Shown here: positions 30,808-39,959 of the stretch, piece after piece | How positions within the stretch are numbered: the stretch's first letter is position 1 | Layout of the letters: the number at the start of each line of letters is the position of its first letter | From: an uncultured bacterium | GTDB taxonomy: Bacteria; Krumholzibacteriota; Krumholzibacteriia; Krumholzibacteriales; Krumholzibacteriaceae | Assembly (NCBI GenBank): GCA_963786935.1 | Contig: CAWBAN010000001.1 | Span: 128,001-192,000 of the forward strand | Reading direction: 5' to 3' | Length of the DNA: 64,000 nt | Made by a program: the position numbers and the translations under genes | Notes under the pieces: model-generated | What the model was told of the DNA's origin: nothing | The model's database searches: none | Seen by the model: only the letters and a program-made list of their open reading frames with translations

Positions 30808-31810
30808 AGAACGGTTCGAGCGCGAGTTCGCCGAAATCGCCGCGCTCGTCGAGACGCGCCGGCGATGCCTCCTGTTCGGGCATATCGATCCGGACGGCGA
30901 CTGCATCGGCTCGATGCTCGCGCTCGCCGCGTACCTCCGGGGGCGGGGGAAGGAAGTCGCCTGCTTCACCCCCGGCGAGATGGCGGAGATGTACCTCGAT
31001 CTCCCGCTCGCCGCGCTCTTCCTGCGCGAGGAGGATCTCGCCGCGTTCAAGGCGGATCTGATATTCGCGCTCGATTCGCCGACGACCGCCCGGACGGCGG
31101 ATCTCGTGACGCACGGCAACGGTATTCCCGTCGTCAACATCGACCACCACCCGACGAACGAGCGATACGGCGACATCAACGTCGTCGACGATCGCGCGAG
31201 CGCGGCGGCGATCCTCGTGTACCGGTTCCTCGCCGCGACCGCGCCGGAGAGCATCACGCCGGAGATGGCCGATTACCTCTACCTCGGCGTGCTCATGGAC
31301 ACCGGGGGCTTCAGGTTCAGGAACACGAACGCGGAGGCGCTCGCCACGGCGGCGCGCTTCGTCGAGCTCGGGGCGCGGGCCCACGAGCTCGCCCACGACT
31401 TCATCTACGTGAAGAAGCTCTCCACGCTCAAGCTGCTCGCGCGCGCCCTCGACGACCTCGAGGTGTACGAGGGGGGGCGCATCGCCGCCATGCGCATCTC
31501 GCGCGGGATGCTCGCGGCCGCGGGAGCGGCGATGAGCGACACGGAAGGGTTCGTCGACTACGCCGCCTCCATCGACGACGTCGAGCTGGCCGCGCTCTTC
31601 CGCGAGCTCGGCGGCGGCGAGGTGCGGGTGAGCCTCCGCTCGCGCAACGATCACAACGTCGCCTCGCTCGCCGAGACGTTCGGCGGCGGGGGGCACCGCA
31701 ACGCCGCGGGGCTCACGATCCGCGCGGATCTCGCGACGGCCGTGTCGACCATCGTCGGCGCCCTCGGCGGGATGCTGCGGGCGGCGGACGGCGCGAGGAA
31801 ACACCCATGA
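30800..31810 (+). CDS. nrnA: DHH/DHHA1 phosphoesterase (NrnA-like oligoribonuclease/pAp phosphatase)
   Basis: HIDPDGDC, NIDHH, DTGGF, VSLRS, GGGHRNAAG motifs. Confidence 0.88.
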   Translation: MREERFEREFAEIAALVETRRRCLLFGHIDPDGDCIGSMLALAAYLRGRGKEVACFTPGEMAEMYLDLPLAALFLREEDLAAFKADLIFALDSPTTARTADLVTHGNGIPVVNIDHHPTNERYGDINVVDDRASAAAILVYRFLAATAPESITPEMADYLYLGVLMDTGGFRFRNTNAEALATAARFVELGARAHELAHDFIYVKKLSTLKLLARALDDLEVYEGGRIAAMRISRGMLAAAGAAMSDTEGFVDYAASIDDVELAALFRELGGGEVRVSLRSRNDHNVASLAETFGGGGHRNAAGLTIRADLATAVSTIVGALGGMLRAADGARKHP

Positions 31811-32721
31811 CGGACGCGCGCGCGAAACTGAACAACCGGGTGATCCCGGTCGCGAAATCGGCCGGCAATTCGACCTACGACTGCGTGCGCCTCTTCAAGC
31901 GCGCCATCCGCCTCGACAAGGTGGGGCACGCGGGAAGCCTCGATCCGCAGGCGATCGGCCTCATCCTCATTCTCACCGGCGAGGCGACGAAGCTCTCGAA
32001 TTACCTCATGGATCTGCCGAAGCGCTACATCGCCGACATCATGCTCGGCGCGACGACCGACACGCAGGACGAGAGCGGGCGGATTCTCAAGACGGGATCG
32101 TGGGCGGCCGTGACCAGGGAGGCCGTCGAGGAGGCGCTCGCGCGATTCACGGGAAAGCGTTTCCAGACGCCGCCGATGTACTCGGCGCTCAAGCACAAGG
32201 GGACGCCGCTCTACCTGCTCGCGCGCCGCGGCGAGAAGATCGACCGCAATCCGCGCGAGGTCGACACGTACTCGATCACGCTCCTCGATTTCAAGCCGCC
32301 CGTCGTGCGCGTCGAGGTGTACTGCTCGCGGGGGCTCTACCTCCGCGTCCTCGCCGAGGAGGTCGGCGACGCGCTCGGCGTCCCCGCGCATCTCGGAACG
32401 CTCGTGCGGATGCGCATCGGGCATTTCACCCTCGACGAGGCGTACGCCGACGGCGAGTTCGAGAAGCTGCTCGACGCGGACGAGCCCGGGTACTCCCTCG
32501 CCGACGCGGTGGGGCATTTCCCCGCCGTGACCCTCTCCGAGGACCAGTCGCGGGGGCTCTCGCGCGGCATCGTTCCGAAGATGCATCCCGCGGCGCAGGC
32601 GGCGCTTCCCGCGCAGGGGGTGCTGCTGCGGCTGCGGCGGCCCGACGGCTCGCTCGGGGCGATCGCGGAGATGGGGCTCGCCGGCCTCGTCCATCTGAGA
32701 CGGGTGTTCCGGGAGTCGTAG
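31807..32721 (+). CDS. truB: tRNA pseudouridine(55) synthase
   Basis: KVGHAGSLDP, TDTQD, QTPPMYSALK..G.PLY.LAR motifs. Confidence 0.93.
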   Translation: MTDARAKLNNRVIPVAKSAGNSTYDCVRLFKRAIRLDKVGHAGSLDPQAIGLILILTGEATKLSNYLMDLPKRYIADIMLGATTDTQDESGRILKTGSWAAVTREAVEEALARFTGKRFQTPPMYSALKHKGTPLYLLARRGEKIDRNPREVDTYSITLLDFKPPVVRVEVYCSRGLYLRVLAEEVGDALGVPAHLGTLVRMRIGHFTLDEAYADGEFEKLLDADEPGYSLADAVGHFPAVTLSEDQSRGLSRGIVPKMHPAAQAALPAQGVLLRLRRPDGSLGAIAEMGLAGLVHLRRVFRES

Positions 32722-32751
32722 GGCGCCGCGGCGCGAAGCGAGCCGGTTCGT

Positions 32752-33696
32752 ATGGAAGTCATCTCGAATCCGCGCAGTCTCAAGAGCGGCTCGTACGCCG
32801 GAACCGCCGTCACGATCGGCGTGTTCGACGGCGTCCACCGGGGGCACACCGAAGTCATCCGGAACCTCGCCGCCGCCAAGCGCGTCGGGGGCCTGAGCGC
32901 CTCGATTCTCCTTACCTTCGACTCCCATCCCCTCGCCGTCACGCATCCCGAGATGGCGCCGCCGCTCCTCACGACCCTCCCCGAGAAGCTGCACCTCATC
33001 GAGCGGATGGACGTCGACGTCGCGGTCGTGGAGCGATTCTCCGCGGCGACGGCGGCGATCGACTACCGGGAATACATCGCGGACATGCTCGTCGGCACGC
33101 TCGGCATGAAGCATCTCGTCGTCGGGTACGATTTTCGCCTCGGGCGCGGGAGGGAAGGCTCGCAGGATCGGCTCGTCGACGAGGGGCGCCGGCTCGGATT
33201 CGCCGTCACGATCGTCCCGCCGATGGTGGTGGGGGGAAGCGTGCTCTCGAGCACGAGGATCAGGCGCGATATCGCCGAGCGGCGGCTCGAGCACGCCGCG
33301 CGCTGCCTCGGGCGGCCCTATTTCTTCGAGGCGACGGTCGTGCGGGGAGAGGGGCTCGGCCGCGGCATCGATTTCCCGACGGCGAACGTCGAGATCGCGG
33401 ACCCCGCGAAGCTCATGCCCCCCGCCGGGGTCTACGCGGTCGAGGCCGAGGCCGGCGGCGTCGTTCGCGGCGGGATGATGAACATCGGGACAGCGCCCAC
33501 GCTGCATGTCGACGGAGCGCGCCGCATCGAGGTGCACCTGTTCGATTTCGCGGGGGATCTCTACGGCTCGGCTCTCCGGGTGAGCTGCGTCGGATTTATC
33601 AGGGAGGAGCGGAGATTCGGGAGCGCGCAGCAGCTTCGGGCACAGTTAATGCACGACCGGCAAACGGCTTACGCGATGCTGGAAAAGAAGCATTGA
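32752..33696 (+). CDS. ribF: Bifunctional riboflavin kinase/FAD synthetase
   Basis: IGVFDGVHRGH, VGYDFRLG, SSTRIR, FPTAN, GVYAV, IEVHLFDF motifs. Confidence 0.95.
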   Translation: MEVISNPRSLKSGSYAGTAVTIGVFDGVHRGHTEVIRNLAAAKRVGGLSASILLTFDSHPLAVTHPEMAPPLLTTLPEKLHLIERMDVDVAVVERFSAATAAIDYREYIADMLVGTLGMKHLVVGYDFRLGRGREGSQDRLVDEGRRLGFAVTIVPPMVVGGSVLSSTRIRRDIAERRLEHAARCLGRPYFFEATVVRGEGLGRGIDFPTANVEIADPAKLMPPAGVYAVEAEAGGVVRGGMMNIGTAPTLHVDGARRIEVHLFDFAGDLYGSALRVSCVGFIREERRFGSAQQLRAQLMHDRQTAYAMLEKKH

Positions 33697-33720
33697 CAAT
33701 CGCCCCGGATGATGTAGATT
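33693..33720 (+). promoter_or_regulatory. Putative sigma70 promoter for rpsO-pnp
   Basis: TTGACA-16 bp-TAGATT, overlapping the ribF stop. Confidence 0.55.
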
Positions 33721-33831
33721 CTAGGTCTTATAGAATCGAAGAAGGCACGCAGCCACTTTGAAGCGGATCGGGCCTCTCCGTTCTGCTGCCATCGTGATAT
33801 CTCATCACAGGTGCAAGGAGGTGCATGAACG

Positions 33832-34101
33832 ATGGCGCTGCCGAAGGAAGTGAAAAAGGGAGTCATTACCAAGTTCCAGGTTCACGAGAGAGATTCAGGT
33901 TCCCCGGAAGTCCAGATCGCTCTTCTCACGGAACGCATCAATCAGCTCAGCAAGCATTTCGAGGTTCACAAGAAAGACTTCGCCTCGAAGCGGGGCTTGC
34001 TGAAACTGGTGAGCCAGCGGCGGAAGCTCCTCGATTATCTCAAGAACAACAAGATCGACAAGTATCGAGCGATCATCAAGGATCTGAATATCAGGAAGTA
34101 G
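33832..34101 (+). CDS. rpsO: 30S ribosomal protein S15
   Basis: [28 protein letters not shown] motifs; AAGGAGG SD. Confidence 0.97.
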   Translation: MALPKEVKKGVITKFQVHERDSGSPEVQIALLTERINQLSKHFEVHKKDFASKRGLLKLVSQRRKLLDYLKNNKIDKYRAIIKDLNIRK

Positions 34102-34176
34102 CCCCCGGTTCCCGGCCGAGCGTACGAACGCTTCCGTGGCATCGCGGACGGCTCTTTATTCGGATGGTAACACAGT

Positions 34177-36267
34177 ATGGAGGCTCATTCTCGAATGGTG
34201 AAAAAGAATTGGGATCTCGAGGGAAAGAATCTTTTCTTCGAGACCGGCAGAATGGCGAAGCAGGCCGACGGGGCGGTCCTCGTCGGGATCAACAGCACCG
34301 TCGTGCTCGTGACCGCGGTGGCCGCGAAGGACAAGGAAGTAGATAAGGATTTCTTCCCGCTCAGCGTCGAGTATCGCGAGAAGTTCTACGCCGCGGGTAA
34401 GATTCCCGGCGGCTTTTTCAAGCGCGAGGGGCGCCCCGGCGAGAAGGAAACGCTCGGCGCGCGCATGATCGACCGGCCCATCCGGCCGCTCTTCCCCGAC
34501 ACGTTCCGGTACGAGGTGCAGGTCGCGTGCAGCGTGCTGTCGAGCGATCAGCAGCTCCCGTCCGACGTCCTCGGCATCACGGGGGCCTCGTTGGCGCTCG
34601 CGCTCTCGGATATCCCCTTCGGGGCGATTCTGAGCGGCGTGCGGGTCGGCATGAAGGACGGGAAATTCATCGCGAATCCGACTTTTCAGGAGCTCGACGA
34701 GGGAGCGATCGACATCGTGGTCGCGGGCTCGGACGACGCGATCCTCATGGTCGAGGGGGGCGCGAAGGAGATCTCCGAGACCGTGCTCCTCGAAGCCCTC
34801 GAATTCGCGCACGCGAATATCAAGCTGATCAACGCGTGGCAGCGGGAGTTCCTCGCCGCGTGCGCGCCGAAGGCGAAGCGCCCGTACGCGAAGCTGGAGA
34901 TAAACGCCGAGCTCGAGGCGAAGCTGCGCTCGGAGTACCTGTCCCCGATCGACAAGGCAGCGCGGATCACGATCAAGCTCGATCGCCAGAACGCCTTGAG
35001 CGATCTGTTCGCCGGCGCGTCGGCCAAATACGCCGAGTCGTACCCCGACAGCGAGAAGCAGTTCAAGAAGATCATGGAGCAGATGGAACGCGAGGTCGTG
35101 CGGAAGATGATCCTCGACGAGAAGCGCCGGTGCGACGGCCGCGGCACCGCCGACATCAGGAACATCACGTGCGAGATCGGCGTGCTGCCCCGGACCCACG
35201 GGAGCGCGCTGTTCACGCGCGGCGAGACCCAGAGCCTCGTCGTGACGACGCTCGGCACCGCGCAGGACGAGCAGCGCATGGACGAGCTCTCCGGAGAGTC
35301 GTTCAAGAGCTACATGCTGCACTACAACTTCCCGCCCTTCAGCGTCGGCGAGGTCGGCCGTTTCAGCGGGCCGGGGCGCCGCGAAATCGGCCACGGCATG
35401 CTCGCCGAGCGGGCGATCGAGCCGGTCATTCCGGCCGACGAGCATTTCCCCTACACGATCAGGGTCGTCTCCGACATCCTCGAGTCCAACGGCTCGAGCT
35501 CGATGGCGACCGTCTGCGGCGGCAGCCTCGCCCTCATGGACGCCGGCGTGCCGATCAGGAAGCCCGTGGCGGGCGTCGCCATGGGGCTCGTCAAGGAAGG
35601 GGACCGCGTCGCGATTCTCACCGACATCCTCGGGCTCGAGGATCACGACGGCGACATGGACTTCAAGGTGGCCGGCACGCGCGACGGCATCACCGCCTTC
35701 CAGATGGACGTCAAGATCGCCGGCATCCCGCGCGCGATCATGGAGCCCGCCCTCGAGCAGGCGCGCCAGGCGCGGATGAAGATACTCGATATCATGACCG
35801 GCACGATCGCCGAGGCGCGGAAGGAAATCTCCCCGTACGCGCCGAAGATCGTCCAGATCAAGATCCCCGTCGACAAGATCCGCGACGTCATCGGGCCGGG
35901 AGGGAAGATGATCCGGCACATCCAGGACGTCTCCGGCGCCAAGATCCAGGTCGAGGACGACGGAACCGTCGAGATCGCCGCCGTCGATCAGGCGGCGGGG
36001 GACAAGGCCCTCGATATGATCCGCGGGCTCACCGAGGAGCCCGAGGTCGGCAAGACCTACAAGGGCGTCGTGCGCGGCATCCAGGTCTTCGGCGCCTTCG
36101 TCCAGATCCTCCCCGGGAGGGACGGGTTGCTGCACATATCAGAGATCGCCCGGCATCGCGTTGCGAAGGTCGAAGACGAGCTGAAGCTCGGCGACGAGAT
36201 CGAGGTCAAGGTCATCGGCATCGACAAGGACGGCAAGGTGAAGCTGAGCCGGAAGGCCCTGCTCTAG
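34177..36267 (+). CDS. pnp: Polynucleotide phosphorylase
   Basis: DFFPLSVEY, KIPGGFFKREGRP, RTHGSALFTRG, SNGSSSMA, DMDFKVAG motifs; KH and S1 domains. Start may be 34195. Confidence 0.97.
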   Translation: MEAHSRMVKKNWDLEGKNLFFETGRMAKQADGAVLVGINSTVVLVTAVAAKDKEVDKDFFPLSVEYREKFYAAGKIPGGFFKREGRPGEKETLGARMIDRPIRPLFPDTFRYEVQVACSVLSSDQQLPSDVLGITGASLALALSDIPFGAILSGVRVGMKDGKFIANPTFQELDEGAIDIVVAGSDDAILMVEGGAKEISETVLLEALEFAHANIKLINAWQREFLAACAPKAKRPYAKLEINAELEAKLRSEYLSPIDKAARITIKLDRQNALSDLFAGASAKYAESYPDSEKQFKKIMEQMEREVVRKMILDEKRRCDGRGTADIRNITCEIGVLPRTHGSALFTRGETQSLVVTTLGTAQDEQRMDELSGESFKSYMLHYNFPPFSVGEVGRFSGPGRREIGHGMLAERAIEPVIPADEHFPYTIRVVSDILESNGSSSMATVCGGSLALMDAGVPIRKPVAGVAMGLVKEGDRVAILTDILGLEDHDGDMDFKVAGTRDGITAFQMDVKIAGIPRAIMEPALEQARQARMKILDIMTGTIAEARKEISPYAPKIVQIKIPVDKIRDVIGPGGKMIRHIQDVSGAKIQVEDDGTVEIAAVDQAAGDKALDMIRGLTEEPEVGKTYKGVVRGIQVFGAFVQILPGRDGLLHISEIARHRVAKVEDELKLGDEIEVKVIGIDKDGKVKLSRKALL

Positions 36268-36276
36268 CCGCAACAC

Positions 36277-37536
36277 ATGCTGAGGTTGCCCGCTCCGCAC
36301 AAGGTGCCGCTCTCGTCGGGGGCGATGCTGCTCCACCAGCGCAATCCGTTCTCGCCCACGGTCGCCTTCGGCGTGTGGATTTCCGGCGGCTCGAGCCGCG
36401 AGGACGAGACGGAACGCGGGCTCTCCCATCTCCTCGAACACGTCGTGTTCCGCGGCACCGAGAGCCGCGACGCGCTCGCGCTCGCGTACGATCTCGAATC
36501 GATCGGCGGACAGTACGACGCCTTCACGGGGAAAGAGGCGACGTGCTACCACGCGAAGGTCCTCGACGAGCATTTCGAGAAGCTCGCCGACATCCTCGCC
36601 GACATCACGTGCCGCCCGACCATACCGGTCGAAACCTTCAAGCTCGAGAAGAACGTCGTCCAGGAGGAGATCAGGAGCATCAACGATTCCCCCGAGGAGC
36701 TCGCCCACGAGCTCTTTTACGCCACGCTCTTCAAGAAGCATCCGCTCGGCCATCCCGTGACCGGGTATCTCGCCGACATCGCCCGCTACTCGCGCGACGA
36801 CCTCTTCGCGTTTCACCGCAAGACCTACACGGCGGCCGACACGCTGCTCGCGTTCGTCGGCAACCTGCCGATCGACCGGGTCGTCTCCATCGTCGAGGAC
36901 CGTTTCCGCTTCCCCCGCCGGCGCGACCGCGCGCGGAAACGGGCGCTCGTCGAGAACGCGAACCGCGTGTCTTCACGGACGCGCGACGAATGGGCGCAGT
37001 CGCACGTCTGCGTGGGCTCGCGGACCGTGTCCGCCTCCCACGAGGACCGTCACGCGCTCGTCGTCATCGCGAACATACTCGGGGGCGGCGCCACGTCGCG
37101 CCTCTTCCAGAGCCTGCGCGAGAAGACCGGGCTCGCGTACTCCGTGTACTCGCACGTGAGCTTCTGGAAGGAATCGGGCACGCTGTGCAGCTTCTTCTCC
37201 GTCGATTCGAAGAATCTCGCGCGCGCCCTCGACAAGCTGCACGCCGAGCTCCGCGACCTGCGGGAGGGAGGCGTGCGGGACGAGGAGATCGAGAGCGCGA
37301 AGGCGCAGGTGAAGGCGAGCATCGTCTTCGGCGTCGAGAGCATCGAGAACAGGCTCTTCCAGTGCATCCAGAGCGAGTATTTCCACGGGCGGTACGTGCG
37401 CTTCGACGAGCTGCTCCGCGCGATCGAGCGGGTGGACCGCCGCGCCGTTACCGAGGCCTCCGAACGCTATCTCGCGGAGGACGTCCTGACGTACGCCGCG
37501 TGCGGGAGAATGGGGATCAAGGGGCTCGTGCCCTGA
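36277..37536 (+). CDS. M16B (pitrilysin-family) zinc peptidase
   Basis: SHLLEHVVFRGT (HxxEH), AFTGKE, SRLFQSLREKTGLAYSV motifs. Confidence 0.92.
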   Translation: MLRLPAPHKVPLSSGAMLLHQRNPFSPTVAFGVWISGGSSREDETERGLSHLLEHVVFRGTESRDALALAYDLESIGGQYDAFTGKEATCYHAKVLDEHFEKLADILADITCRPTIPVETFKLEKNVVQEEIRSINDSPEELAHELFYATLFKKHPLGHPVTGYLADIARYSRDDLFAFHRKTYTAADTLLAFVGNLPIDRVVSIVEDRFRFPRRRDRARKRALVENANRVSSRTRDEWAQSHVCVGSRTVSASHEDRHALVVIANILGGGATSRLFQSLREKTGLAYSVYSHVSFWKESGTLCSFFSVDSKNLARALDKLHAELRDLREGGVRDEEIESAKAQVKASIVFGVESIENRLFQCIQSEYFHGRYVRFDELLRAIERVDRRAVTEASERYLAEDVLTYAACGRMGIKGLVP

Positions 37537-37549
37537 AACGGGGGCTCGC

Positions 37550-37999
37550 ATGGACGAACGCGTCCGGATCAAGATCCGCTACCTCGAGCACCACGAGGGG
37601 CTGCCGCCGCTGGCCCGCCAGACGCCCGGATCGAGCGGTTTCGATCTCAACGCGGCGTGCGCCGGCGAGATCCGCGTCGCACCGGGCGCGACGGCCCTCG
37701 TCCCCGCCGGTTTCCAGATCGCGATTCCCCCGGGATACGAGGCGCAGGTGCGCCCCCGGAGCGGGCTCGCGCTCAGGAGCGGCATCGGTCTCCTCAACGC
37801 GCCGGGGACGGTGGACGGCGACTACCGGGGGGAAGTCTGCGTCATCCTCCACAACTTCGGGACGGCCGATTTCGTCGTGCGCCGGGGGGACCGGATCGCG
37901 CAGCTCGTCATCTCCCCGCTGCCCCCCGTCGAGCTCGTCGAGGAGGACGTCCTCGACCAGACCGACCGCGGCTCCGGCGGATTCGGCCACACGGGATAA
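37550..37999 (+). CDS. dut: dUTP diphosphatase
   Basis: GFDL, QVRPRSGLA, GTVDGDYRGE, RIAQL, RGSGGFGHTG motifs. Confidence 0.96.
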   Translation: MDERVRIKIRYLEHHEGLPPLARQTPGSSGFDLNAACAGEIRVAPGATALVPAGFQIAIPPGYEAQVRPRSGLALRSGIGLLNAPGTVDGDYRGEVCVILHNFGTADFVVRRGDRIAQLVISPLPPVELVEEDVLDQTDRGSGGFGHTG

Positions 38000-38011
38000 G
38001 GAAACGCCGCC

Positions 38012-38875
38012 ATGGCGCGCCGCCGCTCACACGGGCTCTCCGGCCGGGACGAATCCAGCGCGACGATTCCCCGGGTGCTCGCGTATCACAAGGTGACCGG
38101 CTTCGAGCTCGGCGGGACGTGGGTGCCGCCGGAACGGTTCGAGCGCCAGATCGACGCCCTCCTCGACGCGGGATTCCGTTTCATCGACGAGACGGCGTTT
38201 CTCGACTCCCTCGACGGGCGGCGGGAATCGTCGGGCCGCGAGATCCTGCTCACCTTCGACGACGGGTACCGCGTGCTCCTCGACCGCGCGGTTCCCGCGC
38301 TCGAATCGAGGCGCATCCCCGCGCTCGTTTTTCTCGTGACCGCGTTCGCCGGCCGCCGCAACTCGTGGGAGCTCGACCTGCCGGGGCGGCATTTCACGCA
38401 TCTCGCGTGGGACGAGATCCGGGATCTCGGGAAACGGGGATTCGCGTTCGGCTCGCACGCGCGGACGCACCCCGACCTCACGCGCCTCTCCGCCGAAGAT
38501 CTCCGCGACGAGATCGCCGGCTCGAAGGGCGAGATCGAGAGCGCTCTCGGCGGTTCCGTCCGCACCTTCTCGTATCCGTACGGCAGGGTGAACGATCTCG
38601 TGCGCCGGGAGACCGAGCGGGCGGGCTACCGGGCGGCGTTCACGCTGTATCCGCCTCGTTCGGCGCGCCGCGACCGGTACGCCCTGCGCCGCGAGGGGAT
38701 CTGGGTGATCGATTCGGTGGGAAACATCAAGGCGAAGCTCGGGACGGGATGGCCGTTTCTGTTCGAGGATTTCAAGGGACGGATGATCAACGCCGCGGCC
38801 GTATTCACGCCGCTTCTCAAGAACGGATTCCGCCGAGCGAATACGACTTCCCCTCGCTCCCGACGCGGTAGCTGA
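38012..38875 (+). CDS. Polysaccharide deacetylase (CE4/NodB)
   Basis: LAYH, LTFDDGY, GSHARTH, FSYPYG motifs; 3' end overlaps the convergent DUF4388 gene. Confidence 0.88.
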   Translation: MARRRSHGLSGRDESSATIPRVLAYHKVTGFELGGTWVPPERFERQIDALLDAGFRFIDETAFLDSLDGRRESSGREILLTFDDGYRVLLDRAVPALESRRIPALVFLVTAFAGRRNSWELDLPGRHFTHLAWDEIRDLGKRGFAFGSHARTHPDLTRLSAEDLRDEIAGSKGEIESALGGSVRTFSYPYGRVNDLVRRETERAGYRAAFTLYPPRSARRDRYALRREGIWVIDSVGNIKAKLGTGWPFLFEDFKGRMINAAAVFTPLLKNGFRRANTTSPRSRRGS

Positions 38876-39959
38876 GCCCTGCGGCGCGCGCTTTCCCGCA
38901 GATCTTCCCCGACAGGAGTCCGTTCGAAACGAGCGTCTCGATTCCCGACGGGTACGTTCCCCTGACGGCGAAATGCTCCTCGAGCGCCTCGCGGACGGCC
39001 GCCTCGACGAGGCGGGATTCGAGCGCCCCGAGCGTCGGGGCCACCGACGCGGCGCCCGCGGCGCGCGCTTCGGGGGCCGCGCTCCGATGGACGAAGGCCC
39101 ATCCGGGCGCCAGCACGCGGGGCGCGACGAGCTCGCCGAAGGCGACGCTCCCGACGAGCGCGAGCGCGGCGGCGACGGCGACGACGGGCAGACGCCTCGG
39201 TTCCCGCTCCTCCGCCTCGTCGGCTTCGTCTTCGCCGGTCTCCGCGCTCTCCTCGACCATGAGGACCTGGAGGAGCCCCTTTTCGAGCAGGCTCTTGAGC
39301 GCCTCGTACGTGTTGAAACGGGACATCCGCGCTTTCGGCACGATCTCGGCGATGCTCAGGGGGCTCTCGAGCAGATCGTAGACGAAATCCTCGAGCTCCT
39401 CGGTCTGCGCCGCGCCGTCGGGCGCCGGGAGGCGCTTCACGATCGTCCGCTCCGACGGGAAGATCCGCCGGAGCTCCGGGAACTCGTCGATCCGCCGCAT
39501 GCTCTCCATGAGGAGCCCTTCGACCTTGAAGGAGCCGAACGAGTTGACGCCTTGCAGCACCTGGCTGCCGATGATGAATTTGTACTGGCTGCGCGGCCAG
39601 TTGAGGACCTCCTCGATCGTCTCCTGGATCTGGTCGGCGAAGATGGTCCGGAGCTCGTCTTCGGAGAATTTCTTCTCCGAGAGGAGGATGTCGGTGAGGT
39701 CGAGGTTCGACTCGGCCTGAATCTGCTGGATGCGGTCCATCTCCTCGGGGCTGATGAACCCGTACCTGAGGAGGTAGATTTTGAACGGATCCTCGGCGAG
39801 CTTGCGGCGGTCTCTCGTGGAGATCACCAGCCCCTCGCGGAAGTAGATGACCATCGTCCGCTCGCCGGTGATGGAGAGCATCCCCGTCTTTTTCTGGAGG
39901 GCGATGAGCTGCAGAATCTCGCTCAGGCCGAAATCGCGTGCATTTCCCTCTAATGCCAT
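38817..39959 (-). CDS. DUF4388 (PatA-N-like) domain membrane protein
   Basis: MALEGNARDFGLSEILQLIALQKKTGMLSI, LLMESMRRIDE; one TM helix near the C-terminus. Confidence 0.82.
   Translation of the reverse strand: MALEGNARDFGLSEILQLIALQKKTGMLSITGERTMVIYFREGLVISTRDRRKLAEDPFKIYLLRYGFISPEEMDRIQQIQAESNLDLTDILLSEKKFSEDELRTIFADQIQETIEEVLNWPRSQYKFIIGSQVLQGVNSFGSFKVEGLLMESMRRIDEFPELRRIFPSERTIVKRLPAPDGAAQTEELEDFVYDLLESPLSIAEIVPKARMSRFNTYEALKSLLEKGLLQVLMVEESAETGEDEADEAEEREPRRLPVVAVAAALALVGSVAFGELVAPRVLAPGWAFVHRSAAPEARAAGAASVAPTLGALESRLVEAAVREALEEHFAVRGTYPSGIETLVSNGLLSGKICGKARAAGLSYRVGSEGKSYSLGGIRS

Noticed and set aside
38817..38875. Functional significance of the 59-bp convergent overlap between the deacetylase and DUF4388 genes
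   Set aside because: Short tail-to-tail overlaps are common in GC-rich genomes, and both tails look non-conserved.
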